A stretch of 64,000 nt of DNA from an uncultured Thermoplasmatales archaeon (lineage in GTDB: Archaea > Thermoplasmatota > E2 > DHVEG-1). The stretch lies in NCBI GenBank assembly GCA_964410735.1, contig CAYPIF010000027.1:484-64483 (forward strand), read 5' to 3'. The translations under genes were made by a program, and so were the position numbers. The notes beneath the pieces were generated by a model that was given only the letters and a program-made list of their open reading frames with translations, was not told where the DNA came from and searched no databases. Positions 27,787 to 37,113 of this stretch are shown here, one piece after another. Numbering within the stretch: position 1 is the first letter of the stretch; the number at the start of each line of letters is the position of its first letter.

Positions 27787-29307
27787 ATGAGTGATATTCG
27801 AACAGTATTTCGGGATGTTGGTGCGGTCTCCATTATGATAGGTATCGTATCGCTTGTTACTCTTGTTGTTCCCTTGTATTTTCAGGAATATGGTTCGTTT
27901 ACATCGTATAATGGATTAATAGCAATCCTTGTGACCTCAGCAGTTTTCTTTCTCTGTGGTTTCCCTTTGTATTATATTTTCAGACGGGCGGAACCAGCTA
28001 ATTTTAAGAGTGCTATGGTCACTGCGGCTCTTGGTTGGTTTCTTGTATCTCTTATTGGGAGTATCCCTTTTTGGTTGATGCCGTATAACATTCAATCATT
28101 TGCCACGATGGATTTTCTATCTGGTTTCTTTGAGTCGATGTCGGGTTGGACGGGTACTGGTCTTACCATGGTGGATAATGAGGCGCTTTTACCGTATACA
28201 TTGCAGTTCTGGCGGACGTTCATACAATGGATCGGTGGGGTAGGGGTTATTGTTTTGACCCTCTCGATTCTTGCTCGTCCTGGGACTGGTTCCTATGTTT
28301 TATATAAGGGTGAAGCTCGAGACCAGAAGACTCATCCCTCTGTTGTTTCTACGGTTCGCACCATCTGGTGGATTTTTCTTTTATATACAGTGATCGGTGT
28401 TGTTCTTCTGATGATTGTTGGTGTTGCCTTTCCCACTAGTGAAATGGATGCATGGGAGTCGTTGAACCATGCAATGACTGCTATTGCAACTGGTGGTTTC
28501 TCTGTTACGGATGATAGTATTGCAGGGTTTGGTGGTATCAGTCAGTTCATCATTGTTGTTCTCATGGTTCTTGGTGCTATTGCATTTGCTTCTCATTACG
28601 ATCTCTTAAAAGGACGGTTTAAAAAATTCCTTTCTGATCCTCAGTTTAGATCATTAATTCTTATCATAATAGCTGGGGTGATTATTCTTACTATTATCAA
28701 TATTAACGAGGTTCTGAATCCGTCTTTGATAAGCGAAGCATTTCCTCCTGCTGCATTTCAGTTTATCTCAGCGTTGACATGTACAGGGTTCCAATCTGTC
28801 CCTACGCTTGTGACATGGTCTGAGCCAGCAAAACTGTTGCTTGCTTTTGCTATGATTGTTGGTGGTGCTGCTGGGTCAACGGCGGGTGGCATTAAATTAT
28901 TCCGTGCAATTCTTTTGTATAAGGGTGTTGGTTGGAGGATAAAAAAAGCAATTTCAACCCCTCGGAGGGTCTTTGTTCATAAGCTGGGGGATAAACCATT
29001 ATCAACAGAGAATGCGATGGATCTTATCAATGAAGCAGCGATCATCTCATTCATGTGGGTGATCATTTTAGGTGCTTCAGTCTTGTTCCTCTCCACATTA
29101 TACCCAAATAATACTCTTGGAACAATTATTTTTGAGGTTTGTTCCGCACAGGGTAATGTTGGTCTTTCAGCAGGGATAACAAGTTATGAGATGGTTGATA
29201 TGGCAAAAGGAATGTTGATTTTGAATATGTGGGTTGGTCGACTTGAGATCATACCTGTTATTGTCCTGATACGATCTCTTTTTGGTGTTAGACGGAATCT
29301 TGTTTAA
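27787..29307 (+). CDS. trkH: TrkH/KtrB family cation (K+) transporter.
   Basis: Polytopic membrane protein with repeated pore-loop glycine motifs (SGWTGTGLT, ATGGFS, CTGFQS, AQGNVGLSAG). Confidence 0.8.
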   Translation: MSDIRTVFRDVGAVSIMIGIVSLVTLVVPLYFQEYGSFTSYNGLIAILVTSAVFFLCGFPLYYIFRRAEPANFKSAMVTAALGWFLVSLIGSIPFWLMPYNIQSFATMDFLSGFFESMSGWTGTGLTMVDNEALLPYTLQFWRTFIQWIGGVGVIVLTLSILARPGTGSYVLYKGEARDQKTHPSVVSTVRTIWWIFLLYTVIGVVLLMIVGVAFPTSEMDAWESLNHAMTAIATGGFSVTDDSIAGFGGISQFIIVVLMVLGAIAFASHYDLLKGRFKKFLSDPQFRSLILIIIAGVIILTIININEVLNPSLISEAFPPAAFQFISALTCTGFQSVPTLVTWSEPAKLLLAFAMIVGGAAGSTAGGIKLFRAILLYKGVGWRIKKAISTPRRVFVHKLGDKPLSTENAMDLINEAAIISFMWVIILGASVLFLSTLYPNNTLGTIIFEVCSAQGNVGLSAGITSYEMVDMAKGMLILNMWVGRLEIIPVIVLIRSLFGVRRNLV

Positions 29308-29327
29308 AAAAGGAAAGAGTTATTGTT

Positions 29328-29591
29328 TCATTCTTGCTCTTTGATAAGTTGGAATTGTTTATCCTGGAATTTTTTGATAAAGGTTTCTATTTGACGGATC
29401 GCTGTTAAGAGCTTGTATATCTCTTCATCTTCAGGAGATGGTGGAATAGTGGATTGAGGATGTGCTTCTTTCTTTTTGTGGAACTCTGTTTTTGTGTATT
29501 CATCATTAAGGATCTCTTTCGCTTGTTTCAATGTTTTAATCTTTTCATTGATATCTACTAATGAATTTCCCATCGTTACTTCCTCTGTCAT
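29328..29591 (-). CDS. Hypothetical small charged, coiled-coil-like protein.
   Basis: 87-aa ORF with no recognisable motif. Confidence 0.25.
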   Translation of the reverse strand: MTEEVTMGNSLVDINEKIKTLKQAKEILNDEYTKTEFHKKKEAHPQSTIPPSPEDEEIYKLLTAIRQIETFIKKFQDKQFQLIKEQE

Positions 29592-29638
29592 ATGATCTAA
29601 GCACCAGTATTGGCATAAGAAAAGACATTCAAATACTT

Positions 29639-30070
29639 TTATGTTGCATCAGGGAGAATGAGCTCTTGAAGACCATTCTCTTCGCATAATCGCCTTTTCA
29701 ATAATGCATCTGAACTAAGAAGTACGATTTCATTGGTCACCTCAACCTTTGCTTTGAGGAGATGTCCACCAAGAACCATTTTTTGCTCATTACCAAGGGT
29801 GACATGAAGATGGGGAATGTACTTGTCTTCTTGTTTGATGATTGTTCCAGATATATGCAGGAGTTCATGTGCCTCTTTGAATGATTGGGGAGTATAATTT
29901 CCCTTTTCTTTGTAATATCCGAGAGTAATGTCTTTTAATTGTCCGACAGCAGAGAGAACCACTGCTGTTCGGACCTGATGTTTTTCACATGCATCAAGGA
30001 TGTTTTCAATGATGTCTTCATTCGGAAATAATCGAATAAAAATGATGTTATCTTTCTGTGTTGTTTTCAT
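29639..30070 (-). CDS. PPC/DUF296-like domain protein.
   Basis: About 140 aa with the AVVLSAVGQLKDITLGY...HLHVTLG pattern typical of the PCC/DUF296 fold. Confidence 0.45.
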   Translation of the reverse strand: MKTTQKDNIIFIRLFPNEDIIENILDACEKHQVRTAVVLSAVGQLKDITLGYYKEKGNYTPQSFKEAHELLHISGTIIKQEDKYIPHLHVTLGNEQKMVLGGHLLKAKVEVTNEIVLLSSDALLKRRLCEENGLQELILPDAT

Positions 30071-30123
30071 GATGCCATGAAATCATATGAATACATATAA
30101 ACCCATGGACCATTAACTATTTT

Positions 30124-30699
30124 ATGATGGTAGAGGAATATCTTGAGCAGGTGCGAAAACGCGTGATGGAATGCAAGCGATGTGATCTGTATAAAACAAG
30201 GAATAACCCGGTTTTTGGTGAAGGATCAAAAACGGCTACGATCATGTTTATTGGGGAGGCACCGGGGTTCAATGAGGATAGACAGGGTCGTCCATTTGTG
30301 GGCAGAGCCGGAAAGATTCTTGATGAGCTCCTTGCATCGGTCCATTTGAAACGTGAGGATATCTATATTGCAAATATACTCAAATGTAGGCCACCTGATA
30401 ATCGTAACCCTGAAAGACATGAGATAGAGTCATGCAGTGAATATCTGGATGCGCAGATCGAAGCTATTTCGCCAAAGGTTCTTGTTCCCTTAGGTAATTT
30501 TGCTTTTCAATTTCTTTGTCAGAAATATGGTCTTACATCTGAGAAGATAAGTGCGGTTCATGGAAAGATGTTTAATATAACAACATTGTTTGGAACGATC
30601 CGCATCGTGCCAATGTTCCATCCTGCGGTTGCCACATATAATCTAACAAAAAAAACGATTTTGCTTGAAGATATGAAAACCTTGCTTCGGTTCTTGTAG
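30124..30699 (+). CDS. udg: Uracil-DNA glycosylase, family 4 (4Fe-4S).
   Basis: CKRCDL; [28 protein letters not shown]; an HPAVA-like C-terminal motif. Confidence 0.8.
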   Translation: MMVEEYLEQVRKRVMECKRCDLYKTRNNPVFGEGSKTATIMFIGEAPGFNEDRQGRPFVGRAGKILDELLASVHLKREDIYIANILKCRPPDNRNPERHEIESCSEYLDAQIEAISPKVLVPLGNFAFQFLCQKYGLTSEKISAVHGKMFNITTLFGTIRIVPMFHPAVATYNLTKKTILLEDMKTLLRFL

Positions 30700-30774
30700 G
30701 TGTAATCCTATTTGAAAACAGAATTTGTTTTTTAAAGAAAATCATTTAAGATGTTAACCTTGTTTCATTGATGT

Positions 30775-31923
30775 ATGCGTAATATAAATGATATTCGCAA
30801 GGCACCTATTGTTGATTTCCTTTCATCATTGAAACTCCCTTATGATGTGATTTCACTTGGCCAAGGGATACCTTTTTTTCGACCGCCGTCAGAGGCCGTG
30901 GAACAGGTTGTACAAAATGCTGGCAATGATACTGGTTATCGTTATTCAGAGGATGCTGGATTTCTCTCTGCTAGAAAAGTTATATCTGAAAAACTTGTTA
31001 AGGAAAATAATATGATTACTGATCCATCAAAGAATATCATCATCACATCTGGCGCGAATCAGGCTTTTTTGAATGCATTGATAGCGATCTCTGATGTTGG
31101 AGATGAGATCATCTTTTTCACACCGACTTATTTCAACTATATCATGGCTACAGAAATGGTTGGTCGAACGCCAGTTCTTGTTGCCACAGATGCTATGTAC
31201 CAACCAGATATGTTTCTTCTAAAAAAAGCAGTAACTAAAAGAACAAAGGCGGTTGTTACCATCTCACCAAATAATCCTACTGGTGCTGTGTACTCTCATT
31301 CACTGTTGAAACAGATCAATGATTTGTGTGCTAGCTCTGGTTTGTATCATATCTCTGATGAGGTCTATGAATATTTTACCTTTGACGGTGCGGTGCATGT
31401 AAGCCCAGCTCAATTTGACAGAAAGTTGACTCATACGGTGTCCCTTTTCTCTTGTTCAAAGGCTTTTGCATTATCGGGGTATCGTGTTGGTTTCATGGTC
31501 ATACCTGACTTGCTGTATGATAATGTTCTTAAGGTACAGGACACGATTGGTATCTGTGCACCCTCACTTTCTCAGTTGGCATCTCAGGTCTCTTGGTCAA
31601 TTGGAGGAAGTTATGTTCATAGATCTTATGATGAGTTGAACCAGATGAGGCAATATTGTATCCATAAGTTATCGGGTATGCAGTCTGTTAAGTTTATCAA
31701 AACGAAGGGGGCGTATTATTTTTTCGTGAAATTGGATACTTCTCTTTCATCATATGATGTTGCTGTACGTCTTGCTGAGGAGTTTGGTGTGATTGTATTG
31801 CCTGGTGAGCTTTTCGATGTTTCTTATCCATCATTAAGGATATCATATGGTAATTGTCCTTTTGAGGACCTAAAAAAGGCTTTGGATAGGTTGCAGAACG
31901 GTCTTGATAAAGTTATAAGTTAA
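30775..31923 (+). CDS. Class I/II PLP-dependent aminotransferase (aspartate or aromatic type).
   Basis: PLP-lysine motif SCSKAFALSGYRVGF and SPNNPTGAV. Confidence 0.8.
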   Translation: MRNINDIRKAPIVDFLSSLKLPYDVISLGQGIPFFRPPSEAVEQVVQNAGNDTGYRYSEDAGFLSARKVISEKLVKENNMITDPSKNIIITSGANQAFLNALIAISDVGDEIIFFTPTYFNYIMATEMVGRTPVLVATDAMYQPDMFLLKKAVTKRTKAVVTISPNNPTGAVYSHSLLKQINDLCASSGLYHISDEVYEYFTFDGAVHVSPAQFDRKLTHTVSLFSCSKAFALSGYRVGFMVIPDLLYDNVLKVQDTIGICAPSLSQLASQVSWSIGGSYVHRSYDELNQMRQYCIHKLSGMQSVKFIKTKGAYYFFVKLDTSLSSYDVAVRLAEEFGVIVLPGELFDVSYPSLRISYGNCPFEDLKKALDRLQNGLDKVIS

Positions 31924-31950
31924 ACCTTACGTGGAAAAGAAATCGTTTGA

Positions 31951-32262
31951 TCATTGCTGCATTTTTTGTTCGATGAAGTGTAAGAGTGCATCTTTTGAGA
32001 ATGGTTTTTTTAGATAATTTGCTGGATCATCAGAACCACTTTTTAGGTTCTCGCCAGGTTTTAATGAAAAATATGCTGGTATGTCTGTTTCTGGGCATTT
32101 GGTATTTACTAAAACAAGTTGCACATTTGGGTTATCATCAAGGGTTGTTACACCGTGTCTTGAGTTGGTTACATGGATAAAATCTATGTTCTCGTCTCTT
32201 ACATATTGCTGCATATTTGAGTATGTTGCAGGGTCATCATCGACAATCATGATTGTTTTCAT
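31951..32262 (-). CDS. Stand-alone CheY-like receiver domain protein, apparently with Asn at the phospho-acceptor position.
   Basis: MKTIMIVDDD...VQLVLVNTKCPE...YLKKPF, with the conserved Lys in KP. Aligned by eye, the LVLLD Asp is replaced by N. Confidence 0.55.
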   Translation of the reverse strand: MKTIMIVDDDPATYSNMQQYVRDENIDFIHVTNSRHGVTTLDDNPNVQLVLVNTKCPETDIPAYFSLKPGENLKSGSDDPANYLKKPFSKDALLHFIEQKMQQ

Positions 32263-32705
32263 TTCCCATCTCTCAAACATGAATGGAGTTGAATAATATT
32301 TAATGATTTGTATGGCAAGAGGGGAAGGAGGGAAAAGGGGCTAGAAGGGTGCAAGAAGAGGTGAATGAAAAGCATTCCAGCCCCTGTATGGCAGTGTATC
32401 CTTAAATTCAATTGTTGTTTTTATTCGCATTACTATTTAAACATGTATTGGATGATTCGCTGTTTTGTATGTTTGTCATTTTGATACTCTTCCTGATTTT
32501 GAAGAAAAAATAGTATGATATATTATTGTTACATAAATGTACTTTTAAATGATATATAGGGATAATATAAATTATTTATTCATGTAAGTATAGCTATTTT
32601 TGTATTAGATGCATATGTACTTATATATTCATTTACACTAAATAGTTAAATATAACAAATATATTTTATGAAGATTAAAAAAGAAAATAGGAAGGATGGT
32701 GAAAA

Positions 32706-33125
32706 ATGGAAGAATTACTTAAAAAGATTGGAAGCTGGTTGTTTCTCATAGGTATACTTGTTGCCGTTATTGTAGGGATCGTCTACGCGGCAAACGAGAC
32801 GTGGCTTAGTGGTTATTCGACAACAATATCAGCACTCCTTGCAGTGTTGGGATTCATTGTTGGTATACTTTCATTCTTTGCTCTTGGAAACATTACACGA
32901 GATCGGGTACCAACCTTTTTGATCGCTGCATTAATGTTGGTAGGTATTGGTGCAACTAGTAGCTGGTTTGATAACCTTGAGGTCGTTGGTCCCTATTTCA
33001 GCTGGATAGCAGGTATGCTTGCTGTGTTCGTAGCTCCAGCTGCTGGTTTGCTAGCAATTCGAGCAATATGGGATGCAGGAAAAACCGAAGAGATTGAGAA
33101 GGTTCTGCCAAAGATCCCGAAATAA
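32706..33125 (+). CDS. Small integral membrane protein (about 4 TM helices), function unknown.
   Basis: A Shine-Dalgarno-like ggaaggatgg lies upstream and hydrophobic helices run throughout. Confidence 0.4.
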   Translation: MEELLKKIGSWLFLIGILVAVIVGIVYAANETWLSGYSTTISALLAVLGFIVGILSFFALGNITRDRVPTFLIAALMLVGIGATSSWFDNLEVVGPYFSWIAGMLAVFVAPAAGLLAIRAIWDAGKTEEIEKVLPKIPK

Positions 33126-33174
33126 AAAAACATTTTTCTCTTTTTTCTTTTTTATTTATATTATTATTATTTTT

Positions 33175-33282
33175 TTAAAGACTATCATTGAGACGTTGTA
33201 ACACCCATTTATAAAGCCCAATAATGGTCATCGTAAAAAGTCCGGCAATGAATCCAATTACTATCATCGAGAGATCAATCAT
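33175..33282 (-). CDS. Candidate 35-aa single-TM micro-protein (MIDLSMIVIGFIAGLFTMTIIGLYKWVLQRLNDSL).
   Basis: It is not in the ORF track because it is shorter than 60 aa. AGGAGC lies 8 nt upstream of the ATG on the minus strand, and the peptide is a clean hydrophobic helix with a basic tail. Confidence 0.25.
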   Translation of the reverse strand: MIDLSMIVIGFIAGLFTMTIIGLYKWVLQRLNDSL

Positions 33283-33606
33283 TGTTATTTGCTCCTGTTG
33301 TAATCAGGGGTTTAGACTCTGATTTTTTTGTTTGTTGACTTGTTTGTATCCCCATTGAAATGTGCCTTATATACGACAGAATAATTATATTTATATTTCG
33401 TAATATATAAATCCTTCTGGTCAAAAATCCAGTTTTTGAATTTTTCCTCAACCCTTACATCGAAAAACATATAATGGCATAGCCCATTCAGTGGTATTGG
33501 TGACCGGGATGCAGAAAACATTATTTGATTTCATGGAAGAAGAATTGCAACAGAAAATGTAGAACCATATCGACCTTTTTATATCGAAGGGGATTCGGTA
33601 ATAGTT

Positions 33607-34230
33607 TTACAATTTGGGTGTTTTATTTACCCATAATCGCCATATGGCAACGGCAAGGACAATGATAAAGATTGTAAAGCACACAACTGCTGCATATAGG
33701 AACAATGGATCCTGGTAGAGCAGATGTGTATTCTCATTACCTTGGCCAAGGAGATCGATACCTCTTTCGCCACCAAAGGTTTTTGTTGTATTATTCAGCA
33801 TAGCTGGTATCGATTCATTTGTATCAAGAGAGTTTGTTACAAGCATGCCATCTTCAGTTGAAAAGGTGTTGAATGCTGTCTGCACCGTTCCCTTTGCATA
33901 AAGAAACATTTGAATCACAGCTGCGGCTAATGTCACAAATGCAGCGGAGAACATAACAACTATCTTTGTATTTTCAGGGTGGAGAAGACTCTCACCCTTC
34001 CAGGATAATTTGTAATACACCCATTTATGACCTTCTCTATCCTTTCTTTTCACAAGATCCGCTTCGAGAAGTTTGTTCAGATGTTCATGGAGGGTGGCCT
34101 TGTTTAGGTTAGTAGCACGACTGATCTCTGTAAGGCTCATTTTCCTTCCATCCAATGTTCGTAGTATCTCTAATCGTGTATCAGATGCAAGTGCTTTGAA
34201 TGCTTCACGGTCCAATGTTACCTTGGTCAT
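33607..34230 (-). CDS. Membrane-anchored ArsR-type winged-HTH transcription regulator (HTH, TM, about 90-aa extracytoplasmic loop, TM).
   Basis: HTH MSLTEISRATNLNKATLHEHLNKLLEADLV, followed by two hydrophobic helices that flank a polar loop. Confidence 0.55.
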   Translation of the reverse strand: MTKVTLDREAFKALASDTRLEILRTLDGRKMSLTEISRATNLNKATLHEHLNKLLEADLVKRKDREGHKWVYYKLSWKGESLLHPENTKIVVMFSAAFVTLAAAVIQMFLYAKGTVQTAFNTFSTEDGMLVTNSLDTNESIPAMLNNTTKTFGGERGIDLLGQGNENTHLLYQDPLFLYAAVVCFTIFIIVLAVAIWRLWVNKTPKL

Positions 34231-34400
34231 GTTCCCTACCTTGATTATATACTATCTCATTTAATAACGATTCCTTTTTTGTTTGGAAAAAACCGAATAG
34301 TTGATTTCTCATAAAAAAATGAGAGATTCTGAGAATTTAAGAATTTTGTTTTATATTCCTCTGCTTAATAATAAATCTTTGAGACGTAATCATTAAAACA

Positions 34401-34946
34401 ATGATTAACATACATGAGGCTGGTATGACAAAAGAGATTCTAACACAAATGTTGAAAACCTGTGGTGCCATCCAATTTGGCCGATTTGTATTGACCTCTG
34501 GCGCGGTTAGTCAGTACTATATAGATATTAAAAAGGCGAGTACGGATCCAACAACTCTGAAACAGATCGCAACTGAAATGGCCCCCATCGCAAAAGGATA
34601 TGATATACTCGCAGGAATGGAGTTAGGGGCTGTACCATTGGTCGTTGCTCTTTCACTTGAAACAAATATCCCTTATGTTATTATCAGAAAGGAAAAAAGA
34701 GAGCATGGTACTGGCAAACAGATAGAAGGTGCACCTATTGATGATAAAAAGGTGTTAATTATTGAAGATGTGACAACAAGTGGGGGATCTGTTCTAAAAA
34801 CGATACAGGTTCTCAGAGAGAATCATGGTATCGTTGATAAGGTCATCTGTGTTGTGGACCGTGAAAGTGGTGCAAAGGAGAAAATAGAGACATTGGATGT
34901 TTCTTTTACTCCCTTACTTTCAGTTTCCGACATATTAAAGAAGTAA
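34401..34946 (+). CDS. pyrE: Orotate phosphoribosyltransferase.
   Basis: GRFVLTSGAVSQYYID (PRPP/orotate loop) and the PRTase motif VLIIEDVTTSGGS. Confidence 0.75.
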   Translation: MINIHEAGMTKEILTQMLKTCGAIQFGRFVLTSGAVSQYYIDIKKASTDPTTLKQIATEMAPIAKGYDILAGMELGAVPLVVALSLETNIPYVIIRKEKREHGTGKQIEGAPIDDKKVLIIEDVTTSGGSVLKTIQVLRENHGIVDKVICVVDRESGAKEKIETLDVSFTPLLSVSDILKK

Positions 34947-34999
34947 AACAGGATGATGCACCAGAGTGAAGATATGAGATGTATCTGGAGGAATGGTAG

Positions 35000-36331
35000 G
35001 TGAATGTTTTAATTGTTGGTGGTGGCGCTCGGGAGCATGCTCTTTGTGACGCTGTACATCGATCGAAGAATACAACTATGTTTAGCGTTATGCATAATGA
35101 GAACCCTGGGATCGCATCGGTTGCGAAGGATGTGTTACTTGAGAAGGAGACAAATATACAGCCAATCGTTGACTATGCGGTAGAGAATGATATTGAACTG
35201 AGTTTGATCGGCCCTGAAGCCCCCCTTCAAGAAGGATTGACTGATGAGCTTTTAAGAAATGGCATTTCAACATGTGCTCCCACAAAGAATGCTGCAAGGA
35301 TTGAAACAGATAAAGAGTGGATGAGACGTCTTCTAAAGAAATATGATATTGCGGGGCAGGTCCGATGTGAAACATTTACTACTGTGGAGAAAGCCACAAG
35401 GTATATGGTCGATCTTAATTACGAGGTTGCTTTAAAACCAATTGGTCTAACTGGTGGAAAAGGCGTAAAGGTGTATGGTGATCATTTCAAAAATGGGGAA
35501 GAGGGACAGCAATATATAAAGGAGATATTCAAGAATAAGATCGGTGGGCAGTCAAAGGTCTTGATTGAGGAAAAGCTTGTTGGAGAGGAATTTACATTAC
35601 AGGCTCTCTCTGATGGCCGTTCTATTCTTCCATTACCTGCCGTTCAGGATCATAAGCGCCTTGAGCCTGGTGATAAAGGACCAAACACTGGTGGGATGGG
35701 TTCCTATTCAAGTAAAAATGGTCTTCTTCCATTCATTTCAAAAAGCGATTATGAAGAGGCAGCATCAATACTTCAAGATATCATCGAGGCATTGGAACAA
35801 GAATCATGTCCGTATGTTGGCCCTATTTATGGTCAGTTCATACTTACTGCGGAAGGTTCCAAGATCATAGAGATCAACGCACGGTTCGGGGATCCAGAGG
35901 CGATGAACGTTCTCCCATTGATCCAATCAGATTATGTGGATATATGTTCTGCGATGATAAAAGGTTCTGTAAGTGAGAAGAAGCTGAAGGTGCTCCAAAA
36001 AGCAACGGTCTGCAAATATGTTGTTCCTGAAGGGTATGGATATAAAAGCATGGTAAATGAACCAATCTATGTTGATACAGAACATATCACGGAATCCGGT
36101 GCTCAGTTGTTTTACGCATCGGTGAACAAGAAAGATGAGTATGTGACCACCACATCATCCAGGTCATTGGCTGTTGTCGGTATTGCATCATCGATATCTG
36201 AAGCAGAACAGGTAACTGAACGTGCATTGACTGGTGTGAAAGGTGATCATATATACATTCGACATGATATTGGGACTGATGATCTGGTGAAACGACGTGT
36301 AGACCATATGAAAGAACTACGTGGTATGTAA
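35000..36331 (+). CDS. purD: Phosphoribosylamine-glycine ligase (GAR synthetase).
   Basis: MNVLIVGGGAREHAL and ATP-grasp motifs. A 2-nt gap separates it from the downstream GPN GTPase. Confidence 0.85.
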   Translation: MNVLIVGGGAREHALCDAVHRSKNTTMFSVMHNENPGIASVAKDVLLEKETNIQPIVDYAVENDIELSLIGPEAPLQEGLTDELLRNGISTCAPTKNAARIETDKEWMRRLLKKYDIAGQVRCETFTTVEKATRYMVDLNYEVALKPIGLTGGKGVKVYGDHFKNGEEGQQYIKEIFKNKIGGQSKVLIEEKLVGEEFTLQALSDGRSILPLPAVQDHKRLEPGDKGPNTGGMGSYSSKNGLLPFISKSDYEEAASILQDIIEALEQESCPYVGPIYGQFILTAEGSKIIEINARFGDPEAMNVLPLIQSDYVDICSAMIKGSVSEKKLKVLQKATVCKYVVPEGYGYKSMVNEPIYVDTEHITESGAQLFYASVNKKDEYVTTTSSRSLAVVGIASSISEAEQVTERALTGVKGDHIYIRHDIGTDDLVKRRVDHMKELRGM

Positions 36332-36333
36332 CT

Positions 36334-37107
36334 ATGAAGCAAGAGATATTTCTGTATATGATAGGTACTGCAGGCTCAGGGAAATCAACCTTGTCCCATA
36401 CTTTTAAGGAATGGACGGAAGTTGAAGGACTTGATGCGATACTTGTCAATCTTGATCCGGGTGCAGAAAATCTACCATATACTCCTGATGTTGACATTCG
36501 AGATTGGATCTCCTTGAAAGAGGTCATGGAGACTCATGGACTTGGCCCGAATGGTGCACAAATAGCGTGTGCTGATATGCTTGCTTTAAACACAGATGAT
36601 GTAAAAGAGAGCATCAGCTCGTTCAAATCTGATTTTGTAGTTGTTGATACCCCCGGTCAGCTTGAATTATTTGTGTTCCGTGAATCCGGTCGTTTTATCA
36701 TTGAGACCTTACAACCTAATCGATCCGTCATTGCGTATCTTATTGATCATGTCCTTGCAAAAAACCCATCAGCCTTTGTATCACATTTGTTATTATCGTT
36801 ATCTACTCATTTCCGGATGGGTGTTCCTCAATTGAACATTTTAAGTAAGGCGGATATGCTCACTGATGAGGAGTTAGAGCAGGTCGTTGAATGGTCAAAA
36901 AATACTGATTTACTTGAGCAAGCATTGATGCAGCAGCAACAGTCATTATATACTCAGATAAATGAGAATATCCTGCGTTTGCTTTTTGATTTCCCGATTT
37001 TCGAATCGATCATCCCAGTATCTGAAAAAGAATTCTTAGGCGTTGAGGATCTTTATGCAATGGTACAGTTCTTGTTTGAAGGGGGAGAAGACGTTCGTCC
37101 TGACTAG
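36334..37107 (+). CDS. GPN-loop GTPase.
   Basis: P-loop GTAGSGKST and the diagnostic LGPNGA motif. Confidence 0.8.
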   Translation: MKQEIFLYMIGTAGSGKSTLSHTFKEWTEVEGLDAILVNLDPGAENLPYTPDVDIRDWISLKEVMETHGLGPNGAQIACADMLALNTDDVKESISSFKSDFVVVDTPGQLELFVFRESGRFIIETLQPNRSVIAYLIDHVLAKNPSAFVSHLLLSLSTHFRMGVPQLNILSKADMLTDEELEQVVEWSKNTDLLEQALMQQQQSLYTQINENILRLLFDFPIFESIIPVSEKEFLGVEDLYAMVQFLFEGGEDVRPD

Positions 37108-37113
37108 CTTTTT

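Noticed and set aside
33312-33521. 69-aa minus ORF in the spacer between the membrane-protein gene and the ArsR-like regulator.
   Set aside because: It is Lys/Tyr/Asn-rich and sits in AT-rich spacer with no RBS or promoter logic. The composition is typical of random ORFs in AT-rich DNA.
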